From the NCBI GenBank assembly GCA_963767925.1, contig CAVYGB010000013.1, positions 132,576 through 196,575 on the forward strand: a DNA stretch of 64,000 nt, read 5' to 3'. The first letter of the stretch is position 1, and the number at the start of each line of letters is the position of its first letter. The notes under the pieces were generated by a model. It searched no databases and was not told where the DNA came from. It saw only the letters and a program-made list of their open reading frames with translations. Origin of the DNA: an uncultured delta proteobacterium (GTDB lineage: Bacteria; Myxococcota_A; Polyangia; Fen-1088). Shown piece after piece: positions 1 through 10,500 of this stretch. A program made the position numbers and the translations under genes.

Positions 1-198
1 GACCTTGACCGAGACGTTCGACAGATCGATTTTCTCGAACTTCGCCAGCACCGCCAGCAGCTCCTGTTGTAGCTGGGGGAGGTAGTCGGGACCACGGCCT
101 CGGGTCGCGTCCCGCTCGCGCGCGACGATGATCGAGAGCCTTTCCTTGGCGATCGCGGCGGGTCGCGGCCGCCGACGGAAAAAATCGAGCAGCGTCAT
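1..198 (-). CDS. minE: Cell division topological specificity factor MinE (3' end runs off the window)
   Basis: Manual translation from ATG at 198: [29 protein letters not shown]...[18 protein letters not shown], matching the MinE motifs AKERL.IIVA.ER and PDYLP.L..E. Lies directly downstream of minD. Confidence 0.93.
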   Translation of the reverse strand, partial: MTLLDFFRRRPRPAAIAKERLSIIVARERDATRGRGPDYLPQLQQELLAVLAKFEKIDLSNVSVKV

Positions 199-219
199 GG
201 GAGTGACCTCAACGCCCGA

Positions 220-1029
220 CTAGCTGAACAGGCGCGAGAAAATTCCGGCTTTTCGATCCTGCATGAACCGATGTGCACGCTCCTGACCGAGGAACCGATA
301 GGTCACGTCTAGGTACGCCTGGGCCACGTCGGTGTGCTCTTCCATGATCGAGGGCGTCCCCTTGTTGGAAGACAGCAGCACCGCCTTGGACTCCGGGATC
401 ACGCCCAGCAGGGGGATGCCGAGCAGCTCGAGCACGTCCTCCGCGCTCAGCATGTCGCCCTTCTTCACCTGGGAAGGGACGTAGCGGGTCAGCAGGAGGT
501 GGGTCTTGACCGGGACGCCCCCGGCCTCCGCGCGGTTGGTCTTGGAGGCGAGCAGGCCGATCACCCGGTCGGCGTCCCGCACCGACGAGACCTCGGGGTT
601 GGCCACCACGATGGCCTCGTCCGCGAAGTACATCGCCATCTGGGCGCCCTTCTCGATGCCGGCGGGCGAGTCGCAGATGATGTATTCGAAGCCGAGGTTC
701 CGCAGCTCGGTCATCACCTGGGAGACCCCCTCGATGGTGAGCGCCTCCTTGTCCCGGGTCTGCGAGGCGGCCAGCACGTACAGCGTGTCGATCCGCTTGT
801 CCCGGATGAGCGCCTGGTGCAGCTTGGCCTCGCCCCGGATGACGTTGATGAAGTCGTAGACGACCCGCCGCTCCACCCCGAGCACCAGGTCCAGGTTCCG
901 CAGACCGACGTCGAAGTCGATGGTGGCGGTTTTCTGTCCCATCATGGCGAGCCCGGCAGCGATGTTCGCGGCAGTGGTGGTCTTCCCCACCCCCCCTTTG
1001 CCTGACGTAACGACGACGACTTTGGACAC
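220..1029 (-). CDS. minD: Septum site-determining ATPase MinD
   Basis: Deviant Walker A SGKGGVGKTT, DFDVGLRNLDL, DSPAGIE, and C-terminal amphipathic membrane-targeting helix GIFSRLF. Confidence 0.97.
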   Translation of the reverse strand: MSKVVVVTSGKGGVGKTTTAANIAAGLAMMGQKTATIDFDVGLRNLDLVLGVERRVVYDFINVIRGEAKLHQALIRDKRIDTLYVLAASQTRDKEALTIEGVSQVMTELRNLGFEYIICDSPAGIEKGAQMAMYFADEAIVVANPEVSSVRDADRVIGLLASKTNRAEAGGVPVKTHLLLTRYVPSQVKKGDMLSAEDVLELLGIPLLGVIPESKAVLLSSNKGTPSIMEEHTDVAQAYLDVTYRFLGQERAHRFMQDRKAGIFSRLFS

Positions 1030-1148
1030 GTGTGCCTCCTATTAGAGCGGAACCCTCTAGAGGTCCCAACCGTGTCTTCCACTAAAGGGCAGGATCGCTC
1101 CCGCCACAAATTTTTTGCCTGTTTTCGCCCGGTGGGGACCCCTGCGCC

Positions 1149-1973
1149 TCACAGCGGCAGGATCACGCACTCGCCGTTGCGGACGAAGATCTGGGCCGGC
1201 TTGCCCAGGCGGTCGGGGGGGATGTCGTCGAAGGTGACGTAGGCGCCGCTGACCGCGATCAGCTCGGCCTCCAGCTTCTGGCAGAAGATGCAGGCATCGG
1301 TGAAACCCTTGGCTCCCGCCACCGCCCGCCCGCGCAGGGGCGCGTAGACGTGGATGTTGCCGTCGGCGACGATCTGCGCGCCCGGGTTCACAGGGGCCAG
1401 GACGATGAGGTCGTTCCGTTCGGCGTAGATCAGCTGCCCCGAGCGCACCGGCTCGCGGATCACCATCGGCACCCGGTGGGCGGCCAGCGGCGGGCGCAGG
1501 GCCGCCTCGGCGGGCGGCCCCGCCGGGGCGGCGGTCGCGGCGCCGTCGGACCCGGGCGTGGCGGTCGGGCCGGGCGCCGAGGGGGCGCGGGGCGCGGGGC
1601 CGATGGGCGCGTTCAGCGAGACGATACCCAGGCCGGCGGCCAGCGCCGCCGCCCGGTAGGCGTCGTCGATGTTGGCCACCGCCACCGGGACCACCCGGCA
1701 GACCCCGAGGGCCCGCACCAGCGCGCCCAGCGGGAACCCGGCCAGCCCCCCTTCCAGCTCGGCCAGGTCGAGCACCACCGGCGCGTCCTGGAAGAACTGC
1801 GGGAACTGGGTCACCTTGGCCCGGAGCTGCCGCTCGATGAGGTTGAGGTCGCGGGATCGCAGCCGCAGGACCGTCATCGAGGCCATCACCCCTTTGAGGT
1901 CGAAGGCGGCGTGGCTTCGGGTCACGGCCGTCACGGCGCTTTCCGGGGGGCGGTCGCTCGAGAACGCTTCCAT
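1149..1973 (-). CDS. minC: Septum site-determining protein MinC
   Basis: C-terminal beta-helix motifs PVRSGQ.IYA, VNPGAQIVADGNIHVY..LRGRA.AG and LEAELIAVSG; N-terminal P.FF..APVVLDL. Start taken at ATG 1973; first gene of the minCDE operon. Confidence 0.93.
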   Translation of the reverse strand: MEAFSSDRPPESAVTAVTRSHAAFDLKGVMASMTVLRLRSRDLNLIERQLRAKVTQFPQFFQDAPVVLDLAELEGGLAGFPLGALVRALGVCRVVPVAVANIDDAYRAAALAAGLGIVSLNAPIGPAPRAPSAPGPTATPGSDGAATAAPAGPPAEAALRPPLAAHRVPMVIREPVRSGQLIYAERNDLIVLAPVNPGAQIVADGNIHVYAPLRGRAVAGAKGFTDACIFCQKLEAELIAVSGAYVTFDDIPPDRLGKPAQIFVRNGECVILPL

Positions 1974-2160
1974 GTTTTTTGCCTGACCTCCAGGCGGGGT
2001 TAATCCGCCGATTGTCGGCGACCCCCGTCGCCCGTCAACTTTCACGCCCGGGAAGCGCGCTACCGGGTGCGTCGCGCGCTTCGCACTGGAGGGCCCCGAG
2101 GTCGGCAATTCGTTTTGCACCGCGCTGCATAAGAGGGCGGAAACATGGGGTCAACGTCGC

Positions 2161-2176
2161 TGGCCCGCAAGATGCA
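2161..2176 (+). promoter_or_regulatory. Putative sigma54 (-24/-12) promoter
   Basis: TGGCCCGCAAGATGCA versus consensus TGGCACG-N4-TTGCW: GG and GC correctly spaced, two mismatches. Lies about 40 nt upstream of an AGGAGG-preceded ATG. Confidence 0.6.
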
Positions 2177-2214
2177 ATTGTTTCCCGGTGTCACCGTCAG
2201 GAGGAAAAAACCAG

Positions 2215-2400
2215 ATGTCCATGACCGCTCTTCGTCAAGCTGCTTTCGGCGCCCGTCGGCTCTACACCGTCGGCAATGGGTCCGAGGGCAAGCGGGCCGA
2301 AAAGGGCAGCTCGGACGCGCAGACCGATCGCGACGCCCGCGACAACCAGGTGGCCCTCGAGCCGCACTGGCAGGCCGCGATCGACTCCGCCACGGACTAG
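2215..2400 (+). CDS. Small hypothetical protein, 61 aa (ends EPHWQAAIDSATD)
   Basis: Perfect RBS AGGAGG at 2199-2204 and ATG at 2215; upstream sigma54-like promoter and downstream intrinsic terminator. Confidence 0.7.
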   Translation: MSMTALRQAAFGARRLYTVGNGSEGKRAEKGSSDAQTDRDARDNQVALEPHWQAAIDSATD

Positions 2401-2441
2401 CTCCGCCGCCTGGCTGCAGCCGCGCCAGGCCCCAGATTTCC

Positions 2442-2511
2442 AGAGGGGAGGGCAGCGGCGCCGAGGTCGACTTGCCATTGCCTCGGCGCCCTGTTCCTCC
2501 CTCTTTTTTTT
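2442..2511 (+). terminator. Rho-independent terminator
   Basis: Long GC stem AGAGGGGAGGGCAGCGGCGCCGAGG / CCTCGGCGCCCTGTTCCTCCCTCT followed by a T-tract. Confidence 0.75.
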
Positions 2512-2527
2512 CCGGCGGGAGGGTCGG

Positions 2528-3424
2528 CTACCTTGCCCGATTCGCTGCGCTGGCTCTGGCGCGATCACCGCTCGCCCCCCGCGCCGGCTGCGCCCCCCAC
2601 CACCACCGCAGGTCGATGACCGGCAGCAGGAGGTTGGACCGGACCGGCCGGCCAGCCTCGTCGACCGCGTGCTGGTAGTCGTTCCAGGCGTACACCCCCA
2701 GCACCAGGCGGGTGCGGGCCCCCAGGGCCAGATCCAGGCCCAGCCCGGCCCGGACGGTGAGGCGGGAGAGAAAGCCGCGGGTGTGGTCCTCGTCGACCCC
2801 GTGCAGGTAGAGGTCGGCAGAGACGCGCCAGCGCAAGCGCTGGCCCAGGGCCCGGTCGAACAGGGCCCCCAGCCGTCCCCGGTACCCCGCCAGCACCGGA
2901 TCGAAGACCAGGTCGAGGGGCGCCAGGCTCTCGAGCGGTCGGGCATCCGTCGCCACCAGGGGGACGCCGACCGCCACCTCCGCGCGCGCGGTCAGCACCG
3001 CCCGCTCGCTCCCGTGGCTGGCCAGCAGCCCCACCCGCGGCACGAGCGTCCAGCCCACCTCGCCGCCACCCCGCTCCCAGGAGGGGAAGAGGTGCCCCTG
3101 CAGCAGGCGCATCGCCGGCGAGGGGAGCGCCAGCCCGTATTGTCCGGTGAGCTGCCAGGGCCCCGCCTGCAGGTGCCGCACGCTGGCCTCGAGGTGGGGA
3201 GCGGCGAAGAAGAGCAGGGGGTGGGCGGCCAGCTCGACCCGGTCGTTGACCGCGTAGCGCAGGGGGCTCCACACCCCGGCGGTCCAGCGGCCGGCCGGGG
3301 CGGTGCGGGCCTGGTCGCGCGCCTCGAGCAGCGGCCCGCCGCCGTCGGTGCCGGCCCGCGCCCGGGGGCTGGCGCTCGCGAGCGCCGCCAGCAGGATCGC
3401 GCGCGCCAGCGCCCGCGACTTCAC
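2528..3424 (-). CDS. Putative secreted/outer-membrane beta-barrel-like protein
   Basis: GTG at 3424 overlaps the TGA of the upstream gene (GTGA coupling). Signal peptide KSRALARAILLAALASA..A; alternating hydrophobic beta-strands; ends near LLPVIDLRWWW. Confidence 0.6.
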   Translation of the reverse strand: MKSRALARAILLAALASASPRARAGTDGGGPLLEARDQARTAPAGRWTAGVWSPLRYAVNDRVELAAHPLLFFAAPHLEASVRHLQAGPWQLTGQYGLALPSPAMRLLQGHLFPSWERGGGEVGWTLVPRVGLLASHGSERAVLTARAEVAVGVPLVATDARPLESLAPLDLVFDPVLAGYRGRLGALFDRALGQRLRWRVSADLYLHGVDEDHTRGFLSRLTVRAGLGLDLALGARTRLVLGVYAWNDYQHAVDEAGRPVRSNLLLPVIDLRWWWGAQPARGASGDRARASAANRAR

Positions 3425-4572
3425 GGCGCCACCTGCCAGGTCCCCACCACCGGGCAGTGGTCGGACAGCAGCATCGGGTCGGCGCCGATGCCGAGCCGCC
3501 CCGGCTCCTGCAAGGTGTCGGTGCTCCCCTCCTGCCAGCTCGAGGGCGGCTTCACGAACAGGTAGTCGAGCGTACGGGTCCAGAAGCCGGGCTCGCCCCT
3601 CGCCCCCACCCGGTCCCGGCCGATCACGCTGTGGGTGAAGTGCTGGCGCTGGCTCTCCAGGGTGGTGCCGTAGCGCTCGCGCGAGATGGCCGCCACGTAG
3701 TCCTCGTAAAACGGGGTCATGTCCCCGAGCTGGTAGGGGGGCTGGGCGAACTCGGTGCCCCGGGACTCCGGGTGCTCGTCGTTGAAGTCCACCGAGCGCA
3801 GCGAGCCGGGCGGGATGGCGTTGAAGTCGCCGCCCACGACGAAGGGCAGGCGCTCCTCGGCCAGCACCTCCCGGATCTCCCGGAGCTGGCGCGACTTGGT
3901 GCCGTCGGTGTCGTAGGCCTCGGTGTGCACGACCAGGGCCGCCACCTCCTGCCCGCCGAGGTCGAGCACCGCCCGGCCGATGGCCCGGTGGATGTAGAAG
4001 GCGGCGGTGGCGGGGTCCTGGTCGGTGCGATCGGACTGCGGGATCCGCTCGGCCGCGCGGATCGGGTAGCGGGAGAAGATGGCGTTGCCCAGATCCATGC
4101 GGCCCAGGCCCTCCGAGGCGATGTAGCGGCTGCGCCAGGTCGAGACGTAGGCCACCTGGGACAGGCCGGTGCGGGCCAGGATCTCCCGCACCATGTTCAC
4201 GTAGGCCGAGCGGCGCGAGTTGACCTCGATCTCCTCGACCAGCAGGAGGTCGGGGTTCACCTCGTTGATGAGCGCCACCAGCCCCTGCAGGTTGGACTCG
4301 ACCTCGGCGCGGGTCATCTGTACGCGGTCGCCCCACATGTCGAACCAGAAGTCGATCCGCCCGCCCGCGAACTTCAGGTTCCAGGCCATCACCTTGAGAC
4401 GGCCTCCGGGCGGGGGCGGCGGGATCACCGATCCGGGCTCGACCTCGACCCGCACCGGCCCGGGTAGCTCCCAGGTGGTGAAAAGTGGTTCACACCCAGA
4501 TGCCACAAGAAAAACGACAAACGTCGTGAGCCAGCCCGATGCGGTGCCAGGCCGCAGCAGCCTTGATTTCAT
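3421..4572 (-). CDS. Endonuclease/exonuclease/phosphatase (EEP) family lipoprotein
   Basis: Lipobox VASG-C; EEP motifs KVMAWNL, DLLLVEEI, GNAIFSRYPI, VGGDFNA, LDYLF, SDHCPV. Confidence 0.88.
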   Translation of the reverse strand: MKSRLLRPGTASGWLTTFVVFLVASGCEPLFTTWELPGPVRVEVEPGSVIPPPPPGGRLKVMAWNLKFAGGRIDFWFDMWGDRVQMTRAEVESNLQGLVALINEVNPDLLLVEEIEVNSRRSAYVNMVREILARTGLSQVAYVSTWRSRYIASEGLGRMDLGNAIFSRYPIRAAERIPQSDRTDQDPATAAFYIHRAIGRAVLDLGGQEVAALVVHTEAYDTDGTKSRQLREIREVLAEERLPFVVGGDFNAIPPGSLRSVDFNDEHPESRGTEFAQPPYQLGDMTPFYEDYVAAISRERYGTTLESQRQHFTHSVIGRDRVGARGEPGFWTRTLDYLFVKPPSSWQEGSTDTLQEPGRLGIGADPMLLSDHCPVVGTWQVAP

Positions 4573-4689
4573 GGAGCTTTTTCCCCGTCTCTCGGTAGGA
4601 CATGTCTTCCTGTGGAAAACGTTTCGCGTCGTCCGACCCGGGCTTGCGAGCACCTTCACGGCAGCACAAAATGTGAGACTCAGGTCGAG

Positions 4690-6075
4690 ATGGCCCGTCG
4701 CGGTAGCAATTACGAAGATACCCGGACCGACTGTGACACCACCAGGCTTCCAGCTCGTGCCGTCCCCGTCCTGATCGTTGTCGGCGACGCGGCCCGGCTG
4801 GGAGCCAGCCGCGCCATCATGCGCATTCAGGGGTCGCTCCAGATCGGGAGGGCACCCGATGCGCCACCCGAGCAGGCCTGGGCCCTGGAAGACGACCGGG
4901 TGTCGCGCCGGCACGCCCTGATCGAGATCGAGTCGCCCGGCCGCGCCTACATCCGGGACCTCGGCAGCCGCAACGGCACCCTGATCGACGGCCGCTCGGT
5001 CGGGCCCGAGCCCTGCCAGCTCAACCCCGGGTCGATCGTCTCCTTCGGCACCCACGTGGCGATCTTCCGCTTCGCCGCCGAGACCGACCTGGAGGCGATG
5101 GAGCAGGACTTCCTCACCCCCTTCACGCCGGTGGCCACCGCCTCGCCGGCGCTCGCCCGCAAGACCATGATCCTCCGCCACCTGGCCAAGGGAAACGACG
5201 ACCTGCTGATCGTCGGCGAGACCGGGGTCGGCAAGGAGGAGTTCGCCCGGGCGATCCACGCGGTCAGCGGCCGCTGGGGCAAGTTCGTGGCCATCAACTG
5301 CGCCGCCCTGCCGGGGTCGCTGATCGAGAGCGAGCTGTTCGGCTACGTCAAGGGCGCCCACTCGCAGGCCAACCGGGACAAGCTCGGCCTGATCGACGAG
5401 GCCGAACACGGCACCCTCTTCCTCGACGAGTTCGCCGAGATCACCATGGAGGTGCAGGCCAAGCTGCTGCGCTTCCTGGAGAACAAGGACATGCAGGCGC
5501 TCGGCTCGACGAAGTCCCGCCGCATCGACACCCGCATCCTCGCCGCCACGAACCGGGAGATGGGCGCCCTGCGGGCCGACATCGCCGCCCGGCTGGGGCC
5601 CGAGCCGATCCGCCTGCCGCCCCTGCGCGACCGGCCCGAGGACATCGGCGCCCTGGCCAGCCACTTCCTGCGCGACCGGCCCGGCCTGGGCCTGGAAGTC
5701 TCGGCCTTCCAGGCTCTGTGCCTGCACGACTGGCCAGACAACGTGCGCGGCCTGCGCAAGGCCATCACCCGCGCCGCCGACCTGGCCGGCGCCCAGGGCG
5801 CCTCCCTGATCGGGCTCGATCATCTGCCCGAGGGGCTCGGCCGGCGGACCATCCCGGCGGCCCCCCTCGCCGGGATCCCCGAGCCATCCGAGGTGGCCCG
5901 CGCCGGCTCGCGCCGCCGCCCCCGCGCCGCCCCCACCAAGGAGGAGCTGCAGGCCCTGCTCGAGCGGCACGACTGGGTCGTGGCCCAGGCCGCCCGCGAG
6001 CTCGACCGCGACCACGCCATCGTGTGGCGCTGGATCAAGCGCTACGGCCTCGAGGCCCACAAGGCTCAGGCCTGA
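4690..6075 (+). CDS. FHA-domain AAA+ enhancer-binding (sigma54-activator type) transcriptional regulator
   Basis: FHA (VSRRHA, DLGSRNGT), Walker A GETGVGKE, INCAALP, ESELFG, GTLFLDE, WPDNVR and C-terminal HTH. The GAFTGA loop reads GAHSQA. Confidence 0.92.
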   Translation: MARRGSNYEDTRTDCDTTRLPARAVPVLIVVGDAARLGASRAIMRIQGSLQIGRAPDAPPEQAWALEDDRVSRRHALIEIESPGRAYIRDLGSRNGTLIDGRSVGPEPCQLNPGSIVSFGTHVAIFRFAAETDLEAMEQDFLTPFTPVATASPALARKTMILRHLAKGNDDLLIVGETGVGKEEFARAIHAVSGRWGKFVAINCAALPGSLIESELFGYVKGAHSQANRDKLGLIDEAEHGTLFLDEFAEITMEVQAKLLRFLENKDMQALGSTKSRRIDTRILAATNREMGALRADIAARLGPEPIRLPPLRDRPEDIGALASHFLRDRPGLGLEVSAFQALCLHDWPDNVRGLRKAITRAADLAGAQGASLIGLDHLPEGLGRRTIPAAPLAGIPEPSEVARAGSRRRPRAAPTKEELQALLERHDWVVAQAARELDRDHAIVWRWIKRYGLEAHKAQA

Positions 6076-6099
6076 GCTCGTCAAGCCGCCGACCTCCGG

Positions 6100-7509
<1,410 letters not shown>

Positions 7510-7568
7510 CCTGCCCAGTTTAGCAGTCTGTGACCTCGATCGAACCGGCCCGAACCTGCCGAAGATCC

Positions 7569-10500
7569 CTACAATTCCGCACTTCCGGCCGCTCCGGACA
7601 GGCCGGCGATCCGCTGCCCGATCCGGCCGGCCATGACGTTGGGGATGCGGGCGCAGACGGCGAGGGCCTCCTGCCAGAACCGGCGGGCGGCGGCGCGGTC
7701 CTGCCGGTTCGTGGCCTCGAGGCCAGCCAGCTCCAGCACCTCGATCAGCTCCTGGCCCTGGGCCACCGCGCGGGCGCGGCCGACCAGCGCCGCCCAGCCG
7801 GCGTCGTCGCCGCCGTGGACCAGCAGGGTGGCCATGTCGAGCAGGAGCTTGTCGTTCGGCAGCAGCAGGAGGTCGTGCGCGCTCCGGTCGCGGGCCTGAG
7901 CCTGCTGGCGGTGCACCTCCTCGACCACCCGGGCCGCCTCTTGCCGCTGGTTCTGGGCCCACAGGATGCGAGCGAGCAGCACCGAGCCGTCGGGCCGGTA
8001 CCCCCCCTGCCAGAAGTGGCGCTCGTCGACCTCGATCCAGCGGCGGGCGTAGGGCAGGGCCTCGTCGAGCTCGCCTCGCCAGTAGAGGAAGTAGGCGGCG
8101 TTCTGGTTGCCGAGCCGCTCGAGGTTGGCGTTGCCCATGCGGCGGGCGTTGTCCAGCACGCGCTGGTTGTACACCCGGAAGCGGGCCGGATCGTTGCGGG
8201 CGATCCAGAGGCAGGACCAGTTGTTCCACACCCCCGCCAGGTGCAGCTCGTCGCCCTTGGCCTCGCACAGCCGCTGCGCCCGGGTCAGCCGCTGCTCGGC
8301 CTCGTCGGCCTGACCGAGGAAGGGGAGCAGGAAGCCGAGCATCATGTCGGCCACCACCTGCACCTCGTAGCCGGCGTCGCCGGCCTGCTCGGCCAGGCTG
8401 GAGGCCGCCCGCAGGGCCGCCGCCGCCTCCGGGTCCCGGTTGAAGCGCTGGGCGGAGCGGCCGAGCGCCATCAGCACCCGGGCCTGCAGGGCCAGCGCGG
8501 GCTCGGCGAGACCTTCGGCCAGGGCCTGCGCCTGCTCGGCGAGCTCGCGCGAGCGCTGCCACTCGAACAGCCAGTCGAGCGCCTCCGCCTCGTCGAGCAG
8601 CACCTCGACCTGGGTGCGGCGGTCGTCGCCCTGGAAGGCGAGGGCCCGGGCCTGGGCCAGGTCGTCCCGCGAGCCCTCGTGGCGGGCCACCCGGTAGCGC
8701 ATGATCCCCCGGCCCTGGAAGGCGCGCAGCCGGTTGCCGAGGTCAGCCTCCTCGAGCTGGCCGAGGGCCCGCGAATACAGGAGGTCGGCGTCGAAGTAGG
8801 CGTGGCGCTGGCGGGCCGCCTCGGCGAGGGTGAGGTAGGCGGCGGCCGCCTCCTGGCGCGCGCCGAGGGCGGCGGCGTGCCAGGCCAGGCGGGGCAGGCG
8901 GGTGGTGTCGGGCAGATCGGCGCTCCGGTAGTAGCCGAGGGCGGCCCGATGCAGCCGGTTGCCCAGCGCCTCGGCCACCGTGCGGGCCACCGCCTCGCGC
9001 ATCATCTCGTTGCGGAACACGAAGCGCTCGCCCCGCCGGCGCACCAGCAGGCCCAGCTCCTCGAGGCGCGACATGCCTACCTGGGCGTCGAGCGGGAACA
9101 AATCGGCCAGCTCCCCCTCCATCGCCGCCAGCACCCCCGCCAGCTCCTCGCCGGTCAGCTCGTGGGCCAGGACCGACAGCAGGCGGGCGTGCGCCGCCAG
9201 GGCCTGCGGCAGCTCGTCCAGCTCGCGGCTGGCCAGCCACTCGAACAGCGGCGAGTCGGAGATCCGATCGAGGACCTCGCTGGCGACGTAGTAGGCGCCC
9301 CCCGCCTGCTCGCGCACCAGCCCCTGCTGGCGCAGGCCACGGATCAGATCGCACAGCAGCAGCGGGATCGACTGGGCCCGATCGACCAGGCGCTGGATGA
9401 GCGTCTCGGGGATCTGGCTGGCGGGCGCGAGGAGCTGGCGGCACAGCGAGGCGGCGCTGGCCGGATCGAGCGGACCCAGGCGCAAGGTGTGGGCGCCGGC
9501 GGCCCGTTGCCCCCAGGTGGGCCGGCTGTCGGCGAACCCCGGGCGGCCCAGGGCGCACACCCACAGCGGCAGCTCGGAAACGGTGGCCTGCTCCAGCGTG
9601 TCGAGCAGGGTGTCGTCGGCCCAGTGGGCGTCGTCGAGCAGCACAAGCACCGGCTGGCCGGCGGCCAGCCGGAGCAGCGCCGTCACGCCGGCCCGGGCGG
9701 CGTTGGCCCGCAGGGCGCCGGGGGCGGCCTGCAACGAGAGCACCGCCGGGTGATCCGGAGGGATCCAGCCGAGCAGCAGGGCGGCGGCGGTGGCGGGCTC
9801 GGCGGCGTCCAGGCCCAGCCGCTCGACGAGCAGGGCCCGGCCGTCCCCCACCGCGGGCAGGGCGGGCAGGTCGAGGGTCCGCCGCAGCAGCCCGGCCAGC
9901 GCCTCGTCGGCGCCGTTGCCGAGCGGCTCGCGCGCGACGAGCTCGATCACCTCGGCGCCCGGCGCCTCGGCGCGCAGCCGCCGGGCGAGCTCGGCGGCCA
10001 GGCGGGTCTTGCCCAGGCCCGGCTCGGCCAGCACCCGGGCCGCCCGCGGCCGGCGCTCGGCCAGCGCCCGCTGGGCCTCGGCCACCAGCGCCTGCAGGTC
10101 GGCGTCGCGGCCGGCCAGGGGCAGCGCCGCTTCCGGGAGCGGCCGCTCGGCCACCCGCGTGCGATCGAGGTCGGGGGCGAGGGGGAGGTAGTGCTGGGGG
10201 CGGTCCGCGACCGCCTGGCAGGGCACCGCCGACAGGATGCTGCGCGCGGAGGCGGTGAGGAGGATGGCCCGGGGATCGCCGGCGGTGGGGAAGCGCGACT
10301 CCTGCGCGAAGATCGGGCTCGAGAGCCGGGCGGGGCCGTCGGGGCGCGGGCGGGCGACGATCGTGTCGACGTCGACGATGAGCCGGGCGGCCAGCCCCCG
10401 GGCCATCAGCACCTGGGCGGCGGCGTAGGCCCGCTGTCCCGGGTGGTCGCCGGCCCGGTGGGTGAAGGCGCAGACGCAGCGGCCGGGCGTGACGTGGGCG

